This document shows positions 7,584-17,419 of a stretch of DNA of 64,000 bases, one piece after another. Made by a program: the position numbers and the translations under genes. The stretch's first letter is position 1, and every line of letters begins with the position of its first letter. The DNA comes from an uncultured Rhodobacteraceae bacterium. Its GTDB lineage: Bacteria; Pseudomonadota; Alphaproteobacteria; Rhodobacterales; Rhodobacteraceae. The stretch covers positions 32,557 to 96,556 of the forward strand of contig CAJJBH010000007.1 in the NCBI GenBank assembly GCA_905182355.1. Direction: 5' to 3'. The notes below the pieces were generated by a model. That model was not told the origin of the DNA. It saw nothing but the letters and a program-made list of their open reading frames with translations, and did no database searches.

Positions 7584-10031
7584 ATGTCTTCACTTCCAAC
7601 AAAAGCACGCGTTGTCATCATTGGGGGTGGCGTAATTGGCTGTTCTGTAGCCTATCACCTGACCAAACTGGGTTGGGAAGATGTTGTTCTGTTGGAACGT
7701 AAACAGCTCACCTCTGGCACCACGTGGCATGCCGCTGGCTTGATCGCGCAATTGCGGGCGACGGCAAATATGACCAAGCTGGCAAAATATTCCCAAGAAC
7801 TTTACGGGACGTTGGAAGAAGAGACAGGCGTGGCGACAGGCTTTAAGCGTGTGGGGTCTATCACCGTTGCTTTAACCGAAGAACGACGCGAAGAGATCTA
7901 CCGCCAAGCGGCAATGGCCCGCGCATTTGGTGTCGAGGTCGAAGAAATTTCGAACGAACGGGTGCATGAACTGTATCCCCATCTCAACCTCGAAGGGGTC
8001 AAAGGGGCTGTCTACCTACCGCTGGACGGGCAGGGCGATCCAGGGAACATCGCACTGGCCTTGGCCAAAGGCGCACGCCAACGCGGGGCGCTGGTGAAGG
8101 AACGGGTAAATGTCACCGCAATTGCCAAAGAAGGTCGCCGCGTCACCGGAGTTGATTGGACCGACGCGGCCGGTGAAACGGGCCACATTGAAACGGATAT
8201 GGTTGTGAACTGTGGTGGCATGTGGGGGCACAAAGTTGGGCGTATGGCTGGCGTCAACGTGCCGCTACAAGCCTGTGAACACTTCTACATCGTGACTGAA
8301 AACATTAAGGGCCTGACGCAATTGCCTGTTCTGCGTGTACCAGATGAACATGCGTATTACAAAGAAGACGCGGGCAAATTCCTGTTGGGTGCGTTTGAGC
8401 CAGAATCCAAACCTTGGGCGGTGGATGGCATCCCCGAAGACTTTGAATTCGACCAGTTGCAAGAAGATTTCGATCACTTCGAGCCAATCCTTGAAAAAGC
8501 GATCGAACGGATGCCACTGATGGCGGAAGCGGGTATTCACACGTTCTTTAACGGGCCTGAATCCTTTACCCCAGATGACGCATACCATCTTGGATTATCG
8601 CCAGAGGTTGACAATTTTTGGGTTGCTGCAGGCTTTAATTCCATCGGCATACAATCCGCAGGGGGCGCTGGTATGGCGCTGGCTGCATGGATGGACACGG
8701 GCGAAAAACCGTTCGATCTGGGCGATGTAGACATCAGTCGGATGCAGCCGTTTCAAGGGAACAAGAAATACCTCGAAGCGCGGTCAAAAGAAACACTGGG
8801 TCTGCTTTACGCCGACCATTATCCGTTCCGTCAAAAGGCAACGGCGCGTGGTATACGGCGCACGCCCTTCCACCAACATCTGCTTGATAATGGTGCGGTG
8901 ATGGGGGAAATCGCAGGCTGGGAACGTGCCAATTGGTTCGCCAATGAGGGTCAGAAACCGGAATACGAATACTCGTGGAAGCGCCAAAATTTCTTTGACA
9001 ATGTGGCCACAGAACACAACGCAGTGCGCACAAACGTTGGCATGTACGACATGACATCCTTTGGAAAATTGCGGGTAGAGGGCCGCGATGCAATGGCGTT
9101 TATGAATTACATCGGTGGTGGCAATTACGACGTGCCAGTTGGCAAAATTGTATACACACAATTCTTGAATTCAAAGGCTGGGATTGAGGCTGATGTCACC
9201 GTCACACGCATTGAAGAAAATTGTTTCCTTGTCGTGACACCAGCCGCTACACGCCTTGCAGACCAAACATGGATGCGCCGCAATCAGGGTGACTTTAACG
9301 TCATAATCACCGACGTGACAGCAGGCGAAGGGGTCTTGGCGATCATGGGGCCTAACGCGCGGAAGTTGTTGCAAGCTGTGTCGCCCAACGATTTTAGCAA
9401 CGAGGTAAATCCCTTTGGCACTGCGCAAGAGATCGAGCTGGGCATGGGCCTCGCCCGTGTGCACCGCGTGACATATGTAGGTGAATTGGGTTGGGAGATT
9501 TACATGCCATCCGACATGGCCGCGCACGCGTTTGAGACGCTGTATGAGGCGGGTCAGGACATGGGGTTGAAGCTGTGTGGGATGCACATGATGGACACCT
9601 GCCGAATGGAAAAAGGATTCCGCCACTTTGGCCATGACATTACATCCGAGGATCACGTTTTGGAGGCAGGCCTTGGCTTTGCCGTTAAAACGGAAAAGCC
9701 TGATTTCATCGGGCGTGACGCTGTTTTGCGTAGGAAAGAAACGGGGCTGGAACAGCGATTGGTTCAGTTCAAACTGAAGGATTCTGAGCCGCTGTTGTAT
9801 CACAACGAACCAATTTTGCGGAACGGTGAAAACGTCGGGTATCTGTCCTCTGGTGGCTACGGTCACCATGTGGGCGCGGCGATCGGAATGGGGTATGTGC
9901 CGTGCAAAGGTGAAAGTGTGGCCGAGTTGCTGAACAGCACATTCGAGATCGATGTGATGGGCACACGGGTCAAAGCAGAAGCACAATTGAAGCCGTTTTA
10001 CGATCCAAAATCTGAGCGTGTTAAAGTTTGA
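7584..10031 (+). CDS. Second GcvT-family FAD-dependent oxidoreductase (sarcosine/dimethylglycine dehydrogenase-like)
   Basis: GGGVIG, TTWHAAG, NGPESFTPD, RVTYVGELGWE and RMEKGFRHFG. Confidence 0.92.
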   Translation: MSSLPTKARVVIIGGGVIGCSVAYHLTKLGWEDVVLLERKQLTSGTTWHAAGLIAQLRATANMTKLAKYSQELYGTLEEETGVATGFKRVGSITVALTEERREEIYRQAAMARAFGVEVEEISNERVHELYPHLNLEGVKGAVYLPLDGQGDPGNIALALAKGARQRGALVKERVNVTAIAKEGRRVTGVDWTDAAGETGHIETDMVVNCGGMWGHKVGRMAGVNVPLQACEHFYIVTENIKGLTQLPVLRVPDEHAYYKEDAGKFLLGAFEPESKPWAVDGIPEDFEFDQLQEDFDHFEPILEKAIERMPLMAEAGIHTFFNGPESFTPDDAYHLGLSPEVDNFWVAAGFNSIGIQSAGGAGMALAAWMDTGEKPFDLGDVDISRMQPFQGNKKYLEARSKETLGLLYADHYPFRQKATARGIRRTPFHQHLLDNGAVMGEIAGWERANWFANEGQKPEYEYSWKRQNFFDNVATEHNAVRTNVGMYDMTSFGKLRVEGRDAMAFMNYIGGGNYDVPVGKIVYTQFLNSKAGIEADVTVTRIEENCFLVVTPAATRLADQTWMRRNQGDFNVIITDVTAGEGVLAIMGPNARKLLQAVSPNDFSNEVNPFGTAQEIELGMGLARVHRVTYVGELGWEIYMPSDMAAHAFETLYEAGQDMGLKLCGMHMMDTCRMEKGFRHFGHDITSEDHVLEAGLGFAVKTEKPDFIGRDAVLRRKETGLEQRLVQFKLKDSEPLLYHNEPILRNGENVGYLSSGGYGHHVGAAIGMGYVPCKGESVAELLNSTFEIDVMGTRVKAEAQLKPFYDPKSERVKV

Positions 10032-10040
10032 TGTTTCGGT

Positions 10041-10095
10041 TGGGCGCGCTCCCCCCGCGCTGCGCGCTCCCCCGGGATATTCTGGGCCAAAAGAA
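10041..10095 (-). repeat. Interspersed palindromic (REP-like) element, copy 2
   Basis: Minus strand reads TTCTTTTGGCC-CAG-AATATCC-CGGGGGAGCGCGCAGCGCGGGGGGAGCGCGCCC, with the same head as 871-891. Confidence 0.65.
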
Positions 10096-10169
10096 TTTGG
10101 CTGTGTTGTTCGTGTCTGGACAATGATGAAAGGGGTGTTACGGGTAACGCACCCCAACCGGAGCGCCCA

Positions 10170-11072
10170 ATGTCCAAGTCTAGTAAGCCCACCAGTGGTG
10201 ATACCCTTTCAGGTTTTGGTTTTGCATTTGGTGCCTATTTTCTTTGGGGGTTTTTGCCGATCTACATGAAGATGTTGTCGCATCTTCCATCGGCCGAAAT
10301 TGTGGCGCACCGTGTGATTTGGTCGGTGCCAATTGCGGGCGCATTGTTGATATATTTGGGTCGCACCAAAGACGTACGCGCCGCGCTCCTTGATCCCAAG
10401 ATGCTGTTGATGGGGTGCCTTACTGCGGCATTGATCACAATAAATTGGGGCATTTATGTTTGGGCGATTTCAGCAGACCGCACGTTGGACGCAGCCCTTG
10501 GTTATTACATCAACCCGTTGTTCAGCGTTGCCCTTGGCGCGATTGTACTGCGTGAACCACTGACACGGGCCCAATTGGTGGCAATTGCATTGGCGGCGGC
10601 GGCTGTGGTTGTGTTGGCGGTTTCAAACGGATCGATCCCGTGGGTTTCGCTGGGGCTGACCGTTTCATGGGGGCTTTATGCCCTGTGCAAAAAACAATTA
10701 CCGATTGGTCCAAACCAGGGGTTCTTACTTGAAGTTCTTATCCTTCTTATCCCCGCACTTGGCTATGTCGCCTGGTCAACGGCGCAGGGCCAAAACCACT
10801 TTGATCTTAGTATGACGTCTGACACATGGTTGCTTATGGGGTGTGGTATTGTCACGGCCGTGCCGTTGTTGCTGTATGCAAATGGCGCAAAGGGACTGCA
10901 GCTGACGACCATCGCAATTTTGCAGTACATCGCGCCGACTTTAATCTTCTTGGTTGCGGTGTTTGTGTTTGGTGAAGAGTTTGGCCAAGCACGTATGATC
11001 GCCTTCCCAATGATTTGGGCAGCGCTGGTGATCTATTCGGTGTCGATGTTCCGCAAGATGAGGCGTTCTTAA
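10170..11072 (+). CDS. rarD: EamA-family transporter RarD
   Basis: AYFLWG, EIVAHRVIWS, LGYYINPL and LQYIAPT; about 10 hydrophobic segments. Confidence 0.9.
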   Translation: MSKSSKPTSGDTLSGFGFAFGAYFLWGFLPIYMKMLSHLPSAEIVAHRVIWSVPIAGALLIYLGRTKDVRAALLDPKMLLMGCLTAALITINWGIYVWAISADRTLDAALGYYINPLFSVALGAIVLREPLTRAQLVAIALAAAAVVVLAVSNGSIPWVSLGLTVSWGLYALCKKQLPIGPNQGFLLEVLILLIPALGYVAWSTAQGQNHFDLSMTSDTWLLMGCGIVTAVPLLLYANGAKGLQLTTIAILQYIAPTLIFLVAVFVFGEEFGQARMIAFPMIWAALVIYSVSMFRKMRRS

Positions 11073-11479
11073 CTTAACGCCTCTCGAAATTTCAGGAACC
11101 GTGGATCTTTCGAGACACGCGCATTCATGGCTTCACGCAACGCGCCGATGGTTTTATGTGGGCGCATCACCACCTCGAATTCTTGCATAAGACCGTCGTC
11201 ATTGAGCGTAATCAAATCCACGCCAACACAATCCAGTCCTTCAATTTTGCACTGAAACTCTAGCGCCCAATCATTGCCTGATCCCATCACACGACGGTAT
11301 TTGAAATCCTGAAACACCTCATTCACGTGGCCCAATACCGCCGCCACAGGTTCACGGCCTGTCCATGTCGCCCAATAGGTTGGTGGACTGAATCGGACGT
11401 CTTCCGCCATCAGCGCCGGCACACCTGCGTGATCATTGGCCAAAACCATGTCGTGAAAAGATTGGATTGTCGGGTGCAT
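11069..11479 (-). CDS. SnoaL/NTF2-like protein
   Basis: LMAEDVRFSPP, LEFQCKI..GVDLITLNDDG..FEVVMRP; GGAG RBS before the ATG at 11479. Confidence 0.8.
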   Translation of the reverse strand: MHPTIQSFHDMVLANDHAGVPALMAEDVRFSPPTYWATWTGREPVAAVLGHVNEVFQDFKYRRVMGSGNDWALEFQCKIEGLDCVGVDLITLNDDGLMQEFEVVMRPHKTIGALREAMNARVSKDPRFLKFREALS

Positions 11480-11553
11480 TTTGGTCTCCTTGTTGGTGCA
11501 GCCTTGCACGGCATGGGTTGAAAACCAACGCAACATCTGTGAATTGAGGGGCT

Positions 11554-12201
11554 ATGGACGCAACGTATTCCCCCCCGACTGACCCGCTGGTGATCCTGCA
11601 CGATGATGCGGATGTGATCGCTGTTGATAAACCCGCTGGCCTGCTGTCAGTGCCCGGACGGGGTGAACATCTAGCAGATTGTCTGATCACCCGTGTGCAA
11701 AAGGTTTTTCCCCACGCTTTGCTGGTGCATCGCCTTGATCGCGACACATCAGGTGTGATGATCTTTGGCCTAAACCCACATGCGCAGCGCACTTTGTCGA
11801 CGCAGTTTCAAGAACGGCAGACAAAGAAGATGTATGTTGCGCGTGTTTGGGGTGTGCCCGAAGAAAAAATGGGCACGGTTGATTTGCCGCTGATCGTGGA
11901 CTGGCTAAACCGACCCTTGCAGATGGTGTGTCACGAGACAGGCAAACCATCGGTCACAGACTGGCGGTTGTTAAAGGATCAGGGCGAGACCGCGCGGATC
12001 AGATTGATCCCTAAAACTGGACGGACCCATCAGCTGCGCTTGCACATGATGGCGCTTGGGTATCCGATCCTTGGCGATCCTTTTTATGGGCATGCCGAAA
12101 GCCAAGCGTATCCACGTATGATGCTGCATTCTGAAGAACTGCGGGTGAAACATCCTGAGAATGGGCAGTCATTAAGGGTACGGGCGAAGCCACCATTTTA
12201 G
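11554..12201 (+). CDS. RluA-family pseudouridine synthase
   Basis: DKPAGLLS, VHRLDRDTSG, TGRTHQLR and PILGDPFYG. Confidence 0.93.
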   Translation: MDATYSPPTDPLVILHDDADVIAVDKPAGLLSVPGRGEHLADCLITRVQKVFPHALLVHRLDRDTSGVMIFGLNPHAQRTLSTQFQERQTKKMYVARVWGVPEEKMGTVDLPLIVDWLNRPLQMVCHETGKPSVTDWRLLKDQGETARIRLIPKTGRTHQLRLHMMALGYPILGDPFYGHAESQAYPRMMLHSEELRVKHPENGQSLRVRAKPPF

Positions 12202-12249
12202 GGCGCTGGTGATGTTGACGCTAATAAATGACATGATGATGAACGACAC

Positions 12250-12852
12250 ATGACTCGTATCGAAGGTGAATTGCGGGTTGATTTTGTAGGTGGCGCAGTT
12301 GCGCACCGTCTTCGCTTTGGCGGCGGGCGGGGGCAGGCGCTGGCCAAGGCGATGGGGCTGCGGGCAGGCAAAACACCCACGGTGATTGATGCGACGGCTG
12401 GCTTGGGGCGTGATGCGTTTCTACTGGCGTCCCTGGGGGCGCAGGTGACGTTGATTGAGCGTTCAGATCAGATGCACGCCTTGTTGGTTCAGGGCATGGA
12501 CCTTGCCGCACAAGAGGGCGGTGAATTGGGCGAGATAATTGGGCGGATGACGCTTTTGAAAGGTGATGCCAAAGATTTGCTGCCCACGTTGTCTGGTGAA
12601 TCGATCTTGATCGATCCAATGCACCCCCCACGGCATAATTCGGCACTAGTGAAACGCGAATTGCGTCAAGTGCGCGAGATTGTCGGTACCGATGATGACG
12701 CGGCTGATTTGGTGCGTGTGGCGCTTGAGCAGGCTGGCAATCGGGTGGTTTTGAAGTGGCCGGCGAAAGCTGACCCAATCGCTGGAATACGCAAATACTC
12801 CCATCAAATTTTAGGCAAATCAACGCGCTATGATGTTTTTATGGTGGGTTAA
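12250..12852 (+). CDS. rsmJ: RsmJ-family (16S rRNA m2G1516) SAM methyltransferase
   Basis: VIDATAGLGRDAF, IERS, DPMHP, RVVLK and TRYDVF; the start may lie a few codons upstream. Confidence 0.82.
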   Translation: MTRIEGELRVDFVGGAVAHRLRFGGGRGQALAKAMGLRAGKTPTVIDATAGLGRDAFLLASLGAQVTLIERSDQMHALLVQGMDLAAQEGGELGEIIGRMTLLKGDAKDLLPTLSGESILIDPMHPPRHNSALVKRELRQVREIVGTDDDAADLVRVALEQAGNRVVLKWPAKADPIAGIRKYSHQILGKSTRYDVFMVG

Positions 12853-12879
12853 AGGCGGTTAGGCTAAGGGGCGGACAAG

Positions 12880-12914
12880 AAAAAACCCCCGCCGCCAGTT
12901 GGCCGCGAGGGTTT
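12880..12914 (-). terminator. Intrinsic terminator of rpsU, between convergent genes
   Basis: Imperfect GC hairpin followed by a T-tract on the minus strand. Confidence 0.6.
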
Positions 12915-12945
12915 AGAAGCTTGTTACAGCAAAAAGTGATTTAGA

Positions 12946-13146
12946 TCACCCTTCCCGTTCCAATTTCTTACGCGCCAATTTACGGGCACGACGGATTGCT
13001 TCAGCTTTATTACGCGCTTTTTTCTCGGACGGTTTCTCGAAATGTTGCTTAAGCTTCATTTCACGAAAAACGCCTTCACGCTGTAGCTTTTTCTTCAGGG
13101 CACGAAGCGCCTGATCGACATTGTTGTCACGAACACTAACCTGCAT
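12946..13146 (-). CDS. rpsU: 30S ribosomal protein S21
   Basis: [32 protein letters not shown]. Confidence 0.98.
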   Translation of the reverse strand: MQVSVRDNNVDQALRALKKKLQREGVFREMKLKQHFEKPSEKKARNKAEAIRRARKLARKKLEREG

Positions 13147-13413
13147 GTGGTTTTCACCACCTTTCTAGATAAGAGTTGCAAGGATTTGCAGGAAATTTTG
13201 CTTTACCAAGATGATATTGTTTTGTCGAGTCTGCTGTTACGCAAAAATGCGCAACATGATGTTACAGGTGCCAAAATCGCCAATAACGTGCCTATTTTCA
13301 CCCATGCTGGTGATATGTTTAGCGGGGGTGTTGGGTAGGGGCTTTGCCATTGGGGCAGTCAATGACGTTTCGGATGAAACCACTTTGAAGAAGGAAATTC
13401 CGACCATTAACCA

Positions 13414-13444
13414 AATAGGGCCGCCAAATTGTGGCGGCCCTATT
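13414..13444 (-). terminator. Hairpin terminator downstream of the aldehyde dehydrogenase
   Basis: Perfect 13-bp stem AATAGGGCCGCCA/TGGCGGCCCTATT. Confidence 0.7.
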
Positions 13445-13477
13445 CAGTAATTTATTCAGTTGGTAGTTCGAAGCCTA

Positions 13478-14914
13478 TTAAGGAGTCCAACCCGACACTG
13501 ATTTGACCTCTAGGAAGTCTTCCAGACCCCAAACGCCACCTTCACGGCCATTGCCGGACTGCTTCATGCCACCAAACGGGGCACCTGCGCCGCGTGATGT
13601 GCCGTTCATTTCGACCATGCCAGACCGCAATTGCGTGGCCAAACGATTTGCGCGCGCTGTGTCTTGGGTTTGCACGTAGTTGGTCAAGCCGTATGGCGTG
13701 TCATTGGCGATTTCCACGGCTTCTTCTTCGGTGTCGAACGGGATGATCGACAGGACTGGGCCAAAGATTTCTTCACGTGCAATCGTCATCTGGTTATTCA
13801 CATCTGCAAAGACCGTAGGCTTCACATAGAACCCGCGGTTCAAGCCGTCAGGGCGACCTGGGCCACCAGCAACAAGCTTGGCACCTTCGTCGATTCCCTT
13901 CTCGATCAGGGCCTGAATTTTACCCCACTGGACTTCGTTCACGACGGGACCAACATGGCGGCCCTCGTCCGAGGCAGGACCAACAGCCACGCTGTTTGCA
14001 ACAGCGGCCGCTACTTCAACCGCTTTGTCATAGATGCCACGTTGCACCAACATGCGGCTTGGGGCGTTACAGGACTGACCCGTGTTGTTCATCATATGCA
14101 GAACACCACGTTTCACAGCCTTTTTATCGGCATCGTCAAAGATCAGGTTGGCACCCTTGCCGCCCAATTCCAGATGCACACGCTTTAGCGTGTCAGCGGC
14201 ATTTTTCGAGATCAATGTGCCTGCGCGGGTGGAACCGGTAAAGCTGACCATATCAACGTCTTTGTGACCTGTTAGGGTGGATCCAACACCAACGCCGTCA
14301 CCGTTCAGCATGTTAAACACACCTTTGGGAAATCCAGCTTCGTCAATCATCTCAGCAAAGATCATCGCGTTGATCGGGCTTTCCTCGGACGGTTTAAGGA
14401 CCATTGTGCAGCCTGCAATGGCAGCAGCGCCAACCTTCAGGGTCACTTGGTTCATTGGCCAGTTCCACGGCGTGATCAAAGCGGCCACACCGACGGGTTC
14501 ATAGATGATCCGGTCGTTCGGGGCGTGATCGCCAAGCGGACGGCTGAATTCAAAGTTTTTGGCCGCTTCAACAAAGTTGCGCAGGTGATAAGACCCGGCG
14601 CCAACTTGGCTGGAACGGGACATCGAAATCGGGGCACCCATTTCGGCACTCATTGCGGTTGCCAGTTCTTCGGCGCGGGATTCATAAACCTCAATCAGCT
14701 TGGAGACGTATGCGATACGTTCTTCCACAGGTGTGGCCATCCAACCCGGCAACGCAGCTTTCGCCGCTGCGACTGCCGCGTTTGTATCCGCCTCAGAACC
14801 AAGCGTGATAACAGCTGTTGGTTCCTCGGTTGAAGGGTCGATTACATTGTGGTCCGTTCCGCCTTGGCTTTTGACCCATTCACCGTTGATATAAAAATCA
14901 CGTTTCTCTTGCAT
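13478..14914 (-). CDS. NAD-dependent aldehyde dehydrogenase
   Basis: ITPWNWP, FTGST, LELGGK, GQSC and EEIFGP; GGAG RBS before the ATG at 14914. Confidence 0.95.
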   Translation of the reverse strand: MQEKRDFYINGEWVKSQGGTDHNVIDPSTEEPTAVITLGSEADTNAAVAAAKAALPGWMATPVEERIAYVSKLIEVYESRAEELATAMSAEMGAPISMSRSSQVGAGSYHLRNFVEAAKNFEFSRPLGDHAPNDRIIYEPVGVAALITPWNWPMNQVTLKVGAAAIAGCTMVLKPSEESPINAMIFAEMIDEAGFPKGVFNMLNGDGVGVGSTLTGHKDVDMVSFTGSTRAGTLISKNAADTLKRVHLELGGKGANLIFDDADKKAVKRGVLHMMNNTGQSCNAPSRMLVQRGIYDKAVEVAAAVANSVAVGPASDEGRHVGPVVNEVQWGKIQALIEKGIDEGAKLVAGGPGRPDGLNRGFYVKPTVFADVNNQMTIAREEIFGPVLSIIPFDTEEEAVEIANDTPYGLTNYVQTQDTARANRLATQLRSGMVEMNGTSRGAGAPFGGMKQSGNGREGGVWGLEDFLEVKSVSGWTP

Positions 14915-15071
14915 GGCATATCTCCCGAATTTCATGCAGCGGCCCAATCTTGGGGCCCCCAATTGGAAACACTGTGTCATCACATTAAATTAGTATCAAG
15001 GACGGGGATGTATCCATACATTACATACGTTACGTTGGCCCCCTAAGCCGCACCAAATTAGGAGTACGACC

Positions 15072-15722
15072 ATGGGCCTACGCATCAACGACACGATCCC
15101 TGACATAACTGTGGAAACCGACCACGGCACGATCCAACTGCACGACTGGATTGGCGATTCTTGGGCAATTATGTTTTCGCACCCCAAAGATTTCACACCC
15201 GTATGCACCACAGAATTTGGCGCAGTTGCACAGTTGGCTGACGAATGGGCCGCACGTGGTACCAAGGTGATTGGCGTCTCTGTCGACGGTGTTGAAGACC
15301 ATAAGAAATGGAAAAGCGACATCGAAAAGGTTGCCGGTGCCAAAGCTGGGTTTCCGATTATCGCAGACACAGGGCTTGAGGTTTCCAAAGCCTTCGACAT
15401 GCTACCGTCCGAGGCGTATTTGCCTGATGGACGTACACCAGCCGACAGCGCAACAGTGCGGTCAGTGTTCATTATCGGACCAGACAAGCAGTTGAAATTG
15501 TCGATGACCTACCCGATGACAGTTGGCCGCAACTTTGCCGAAGTCTTGCGTGCGCTGGACGGTTTGCAAATGTCAGCCAAGGGTGTTGCGACACCTGCGA
15601 ACTGGATGCCGGGTGAAGACGTGATCATCCCGCCAAGCGTGAGCGACGCGGACGCAAAAGCGAAGTTTGGCGAGTTCGAAACCATCCTGCCGTACCTGCG
15701 CAAAACCAAAGCGCCGAAGTAA
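15072..15722 (+). CDS. 1-Cys peroxiredoxin (Prx6)
   Basis: FSHPKDFTPVCTTE, GRNFAE and ATPANW. Confidence 0.95.
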   Translation: MGLRINDTIPDITVETDHGTIQLHDWIGDSWAIMFSHPKDFTPVCTTEFGAVAQLADEWAARGTKVIGVSVDGVEDHKKWKSDIEKVAGAKAGFPIIADTGLEVSKAFDMLPSEAYLPDGRTPADSATVRSVFIIGPDKQLKLSMTYPMTVGRNFAEVLRALDGLQMSAKGVATPANWMPGEDVIIPPSVSDADAKAKFGEFETILPYLRKTKAPK

Positions 15723-15841
15723 GGCTTAGGCGTAATTTTCAGCGCTCCGAATATATTAGTTGGCCGCATGTGAATCTGCGGCCAACTGTTCTTAACAGGT
15801 TATGTACAAGCCTAAGGCACAGGTCACTTTTTGGGCCACTG

Positions 15842-16693
15842 CTAAATAGTCTGCCATTCAGTTGGCAAAATATCTGGATTATGTTTGTCCGGATCAGCAA
15901 ACCAACGCGTCGGTGCAATGACAATCTTTTCGGCGCTGGGATTTAGCCAAGCCCCCCACCAAGAGAATGAAGAATTGGCAATGATGTGATGCTGACAGGC
16001 TGCCATCAAACGCAGGTCTTCATAATTATGATCCCCATCGTTGAAGTCGATATAATGGGTTTCAAAGGGTAGTTTTAGGTTCTCAGCGACCCAAGCTGGA
16101 TCATCTGAAAATGCGTATATTATTGGATCAACACCCATTTGCTTTGCGACGGAAGCAGCCGCACGGGCATAATAAGGCAGATCGCATGTCCCATGGGCGG
16201 CATTGAATTTTTCATTCGATACATAGTCCCCCCGCCTGATGTGCAAGGATACAGAGGGTGTGGATTGAATGGTTTGTAACGCTTCAGCATTCTGGTCTGA
16301 GGGTGGTGTGACAATCTGTAGATCGCTACGGATTTGATCTTCGAAAGCTTTGAAATAGCGTTCGGTCTGCCAATACCCTTTCAGATGTGTGTTATTGGCC
16401 AACTCAGAAAACGCACTGTCGTACCCAAGAGATGCTTCGCGGTAGGGTTTGGTATACCCGCGTTTAAGCAACTTTCCAAAAACGCGCAGGCCATCTTCTT
16501 TACTTGGGGGCAACCGCCCTGCCTCGACTGTCCGGATATTGAAATGGCCTAACCCGACTTTAAACGCTTTAGGATGATCAAAGTCTCGTAGATCCAGTCC
16601 AAGATCAGCGGAATGGCGCAAGGCCAGCGCCCTGCCTGCGCAATACTGAAACAACTGATTGCCCAGGCCGCCACGAATGCGTGTGGTTATCAT
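15842..16693 (-). CDS. GT11 alpha-1,2-fucosyltransferase family protein
   Basis: GGLGNQLFQY, GYWQ, HIRRGDY, FSDD and IIANSSFSWWGAWL. Confidence 0.92.
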   Translation of the reverse strand: MITTRIRGGLGNQLFQYCAGRALALRHSADLGLDLRDFDHPKAFKVGLGHFNIRTVEAGRLPPSKEDGLRVFGKLLKRGYTKPYREASLGYDSAFSELANNTHLKGYWQTERYFKAFEDQIRSDLQIVTPPSDQNAEALQTIQSTPSVSLHIRRGDYVSNEKFNAAHGTCDLPYYARAAASVAKQMGVDPIIYAFSDDPAWVAENLKLPFETHYIDFNDGDHNYEDLRLMAACQHHIIANSSFSWWGAWLNPSAEKIVIAPTRWFADPDKHNPDILPTEWQTI

Positions 16694-16765
16694 AGTTGTC
16701 CCCTCTTGTTGTATCATTGACTGTTCTGTAAACTAAAAAAGCTGAAATAACCAAGGCACTTCAGA

Positions 16766-17419
16766 ATGAAACTTAACCCTTTGCACTGGATAAAGCTTTG
16801 GCGGGAACCATGGCGAAAAATTTTCTGGTCGTCTTTTTATACATTTCGCCGTGAAGATGGTGAAGCCAAGCGTTGGCGTCTTGATTTGGCACCAGAAGAT
16901 GTGGTGTTTGATATTGGCGGGTTTGAGGGAAACTGGGCTGCTGACGTCCACGACCGTTTCGGATGTTGGGTTCACGTGTTTGAACCTCACCCAACCTTTG
17001 CTGCTGCAATTTCAGCCCGATTTGAAGGCAATCCAAAAATTATTGTGCACGATTGCGCCCTTGGGTCGAAAGACGGCGTTTTAAGCTTGTCAGATTCAGG
17101 GGACGCGTCTTCGGTAATGTTGGCGAATGAAGAAAACAGTGTGGAAGGCCGCGTTGTCGATGTGGCAACTTTCATGTCTGATTTTGAAGGGGATGTGTCC
17201 TTAGTCAAGATCAACATTGAAGGCGGTGAATATGACCTGTTCCCAGCCTTGGCAAAAGCCAAAGCGATGGCCCGTTTTAAAACTCTTCAGGTGCAATTTC
17301 ACCTTTATACCAAAGACAACATCAAAGATCGCGATGACATTCGCGCTGACCTAGCCAACGCACACACCTGCGAATGGGTCTACCCTTTCGTGTGGGAGCA
17401 ATGGTCTTTATCGCGTTGA
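16766..17419 (+). CDS. FkbM-family SAM methyltransferase
   Basis: VFDIGG, HVFEP, KINIEGGEY and QVQFH. Confidence 0.85.
   Translation: MKLNPLHWIKLWREPWRKIFWSSFYTFRREDGEAKRWRLDLAPEDVVFDIGGFEGNWAADVHDRFGCWVHVFEPHPTFAAAISARFEGNPKIIVHDCALGSKDGVLSLSDSGDASSVMLANEENSVEGRVVDVATFMSDFEGDVSLVKINIEGGEYDLFPALAKAKAMARFKTLQVQFHLYTKDNIKDRDDIRADLANAHTCEWVYPFVWEQWSLSR

Noticed and set aside
2490-10031. Both GcvT proteins are exactly 815 aa, suggesting a recent duplication
   Set aside because: The sequences are strongly divergent; equal length reflects family size
13147-13450. Short ORFs upstream of rpsU
   Set aside because: No motifs or RBS; the region is promoter and terminator space
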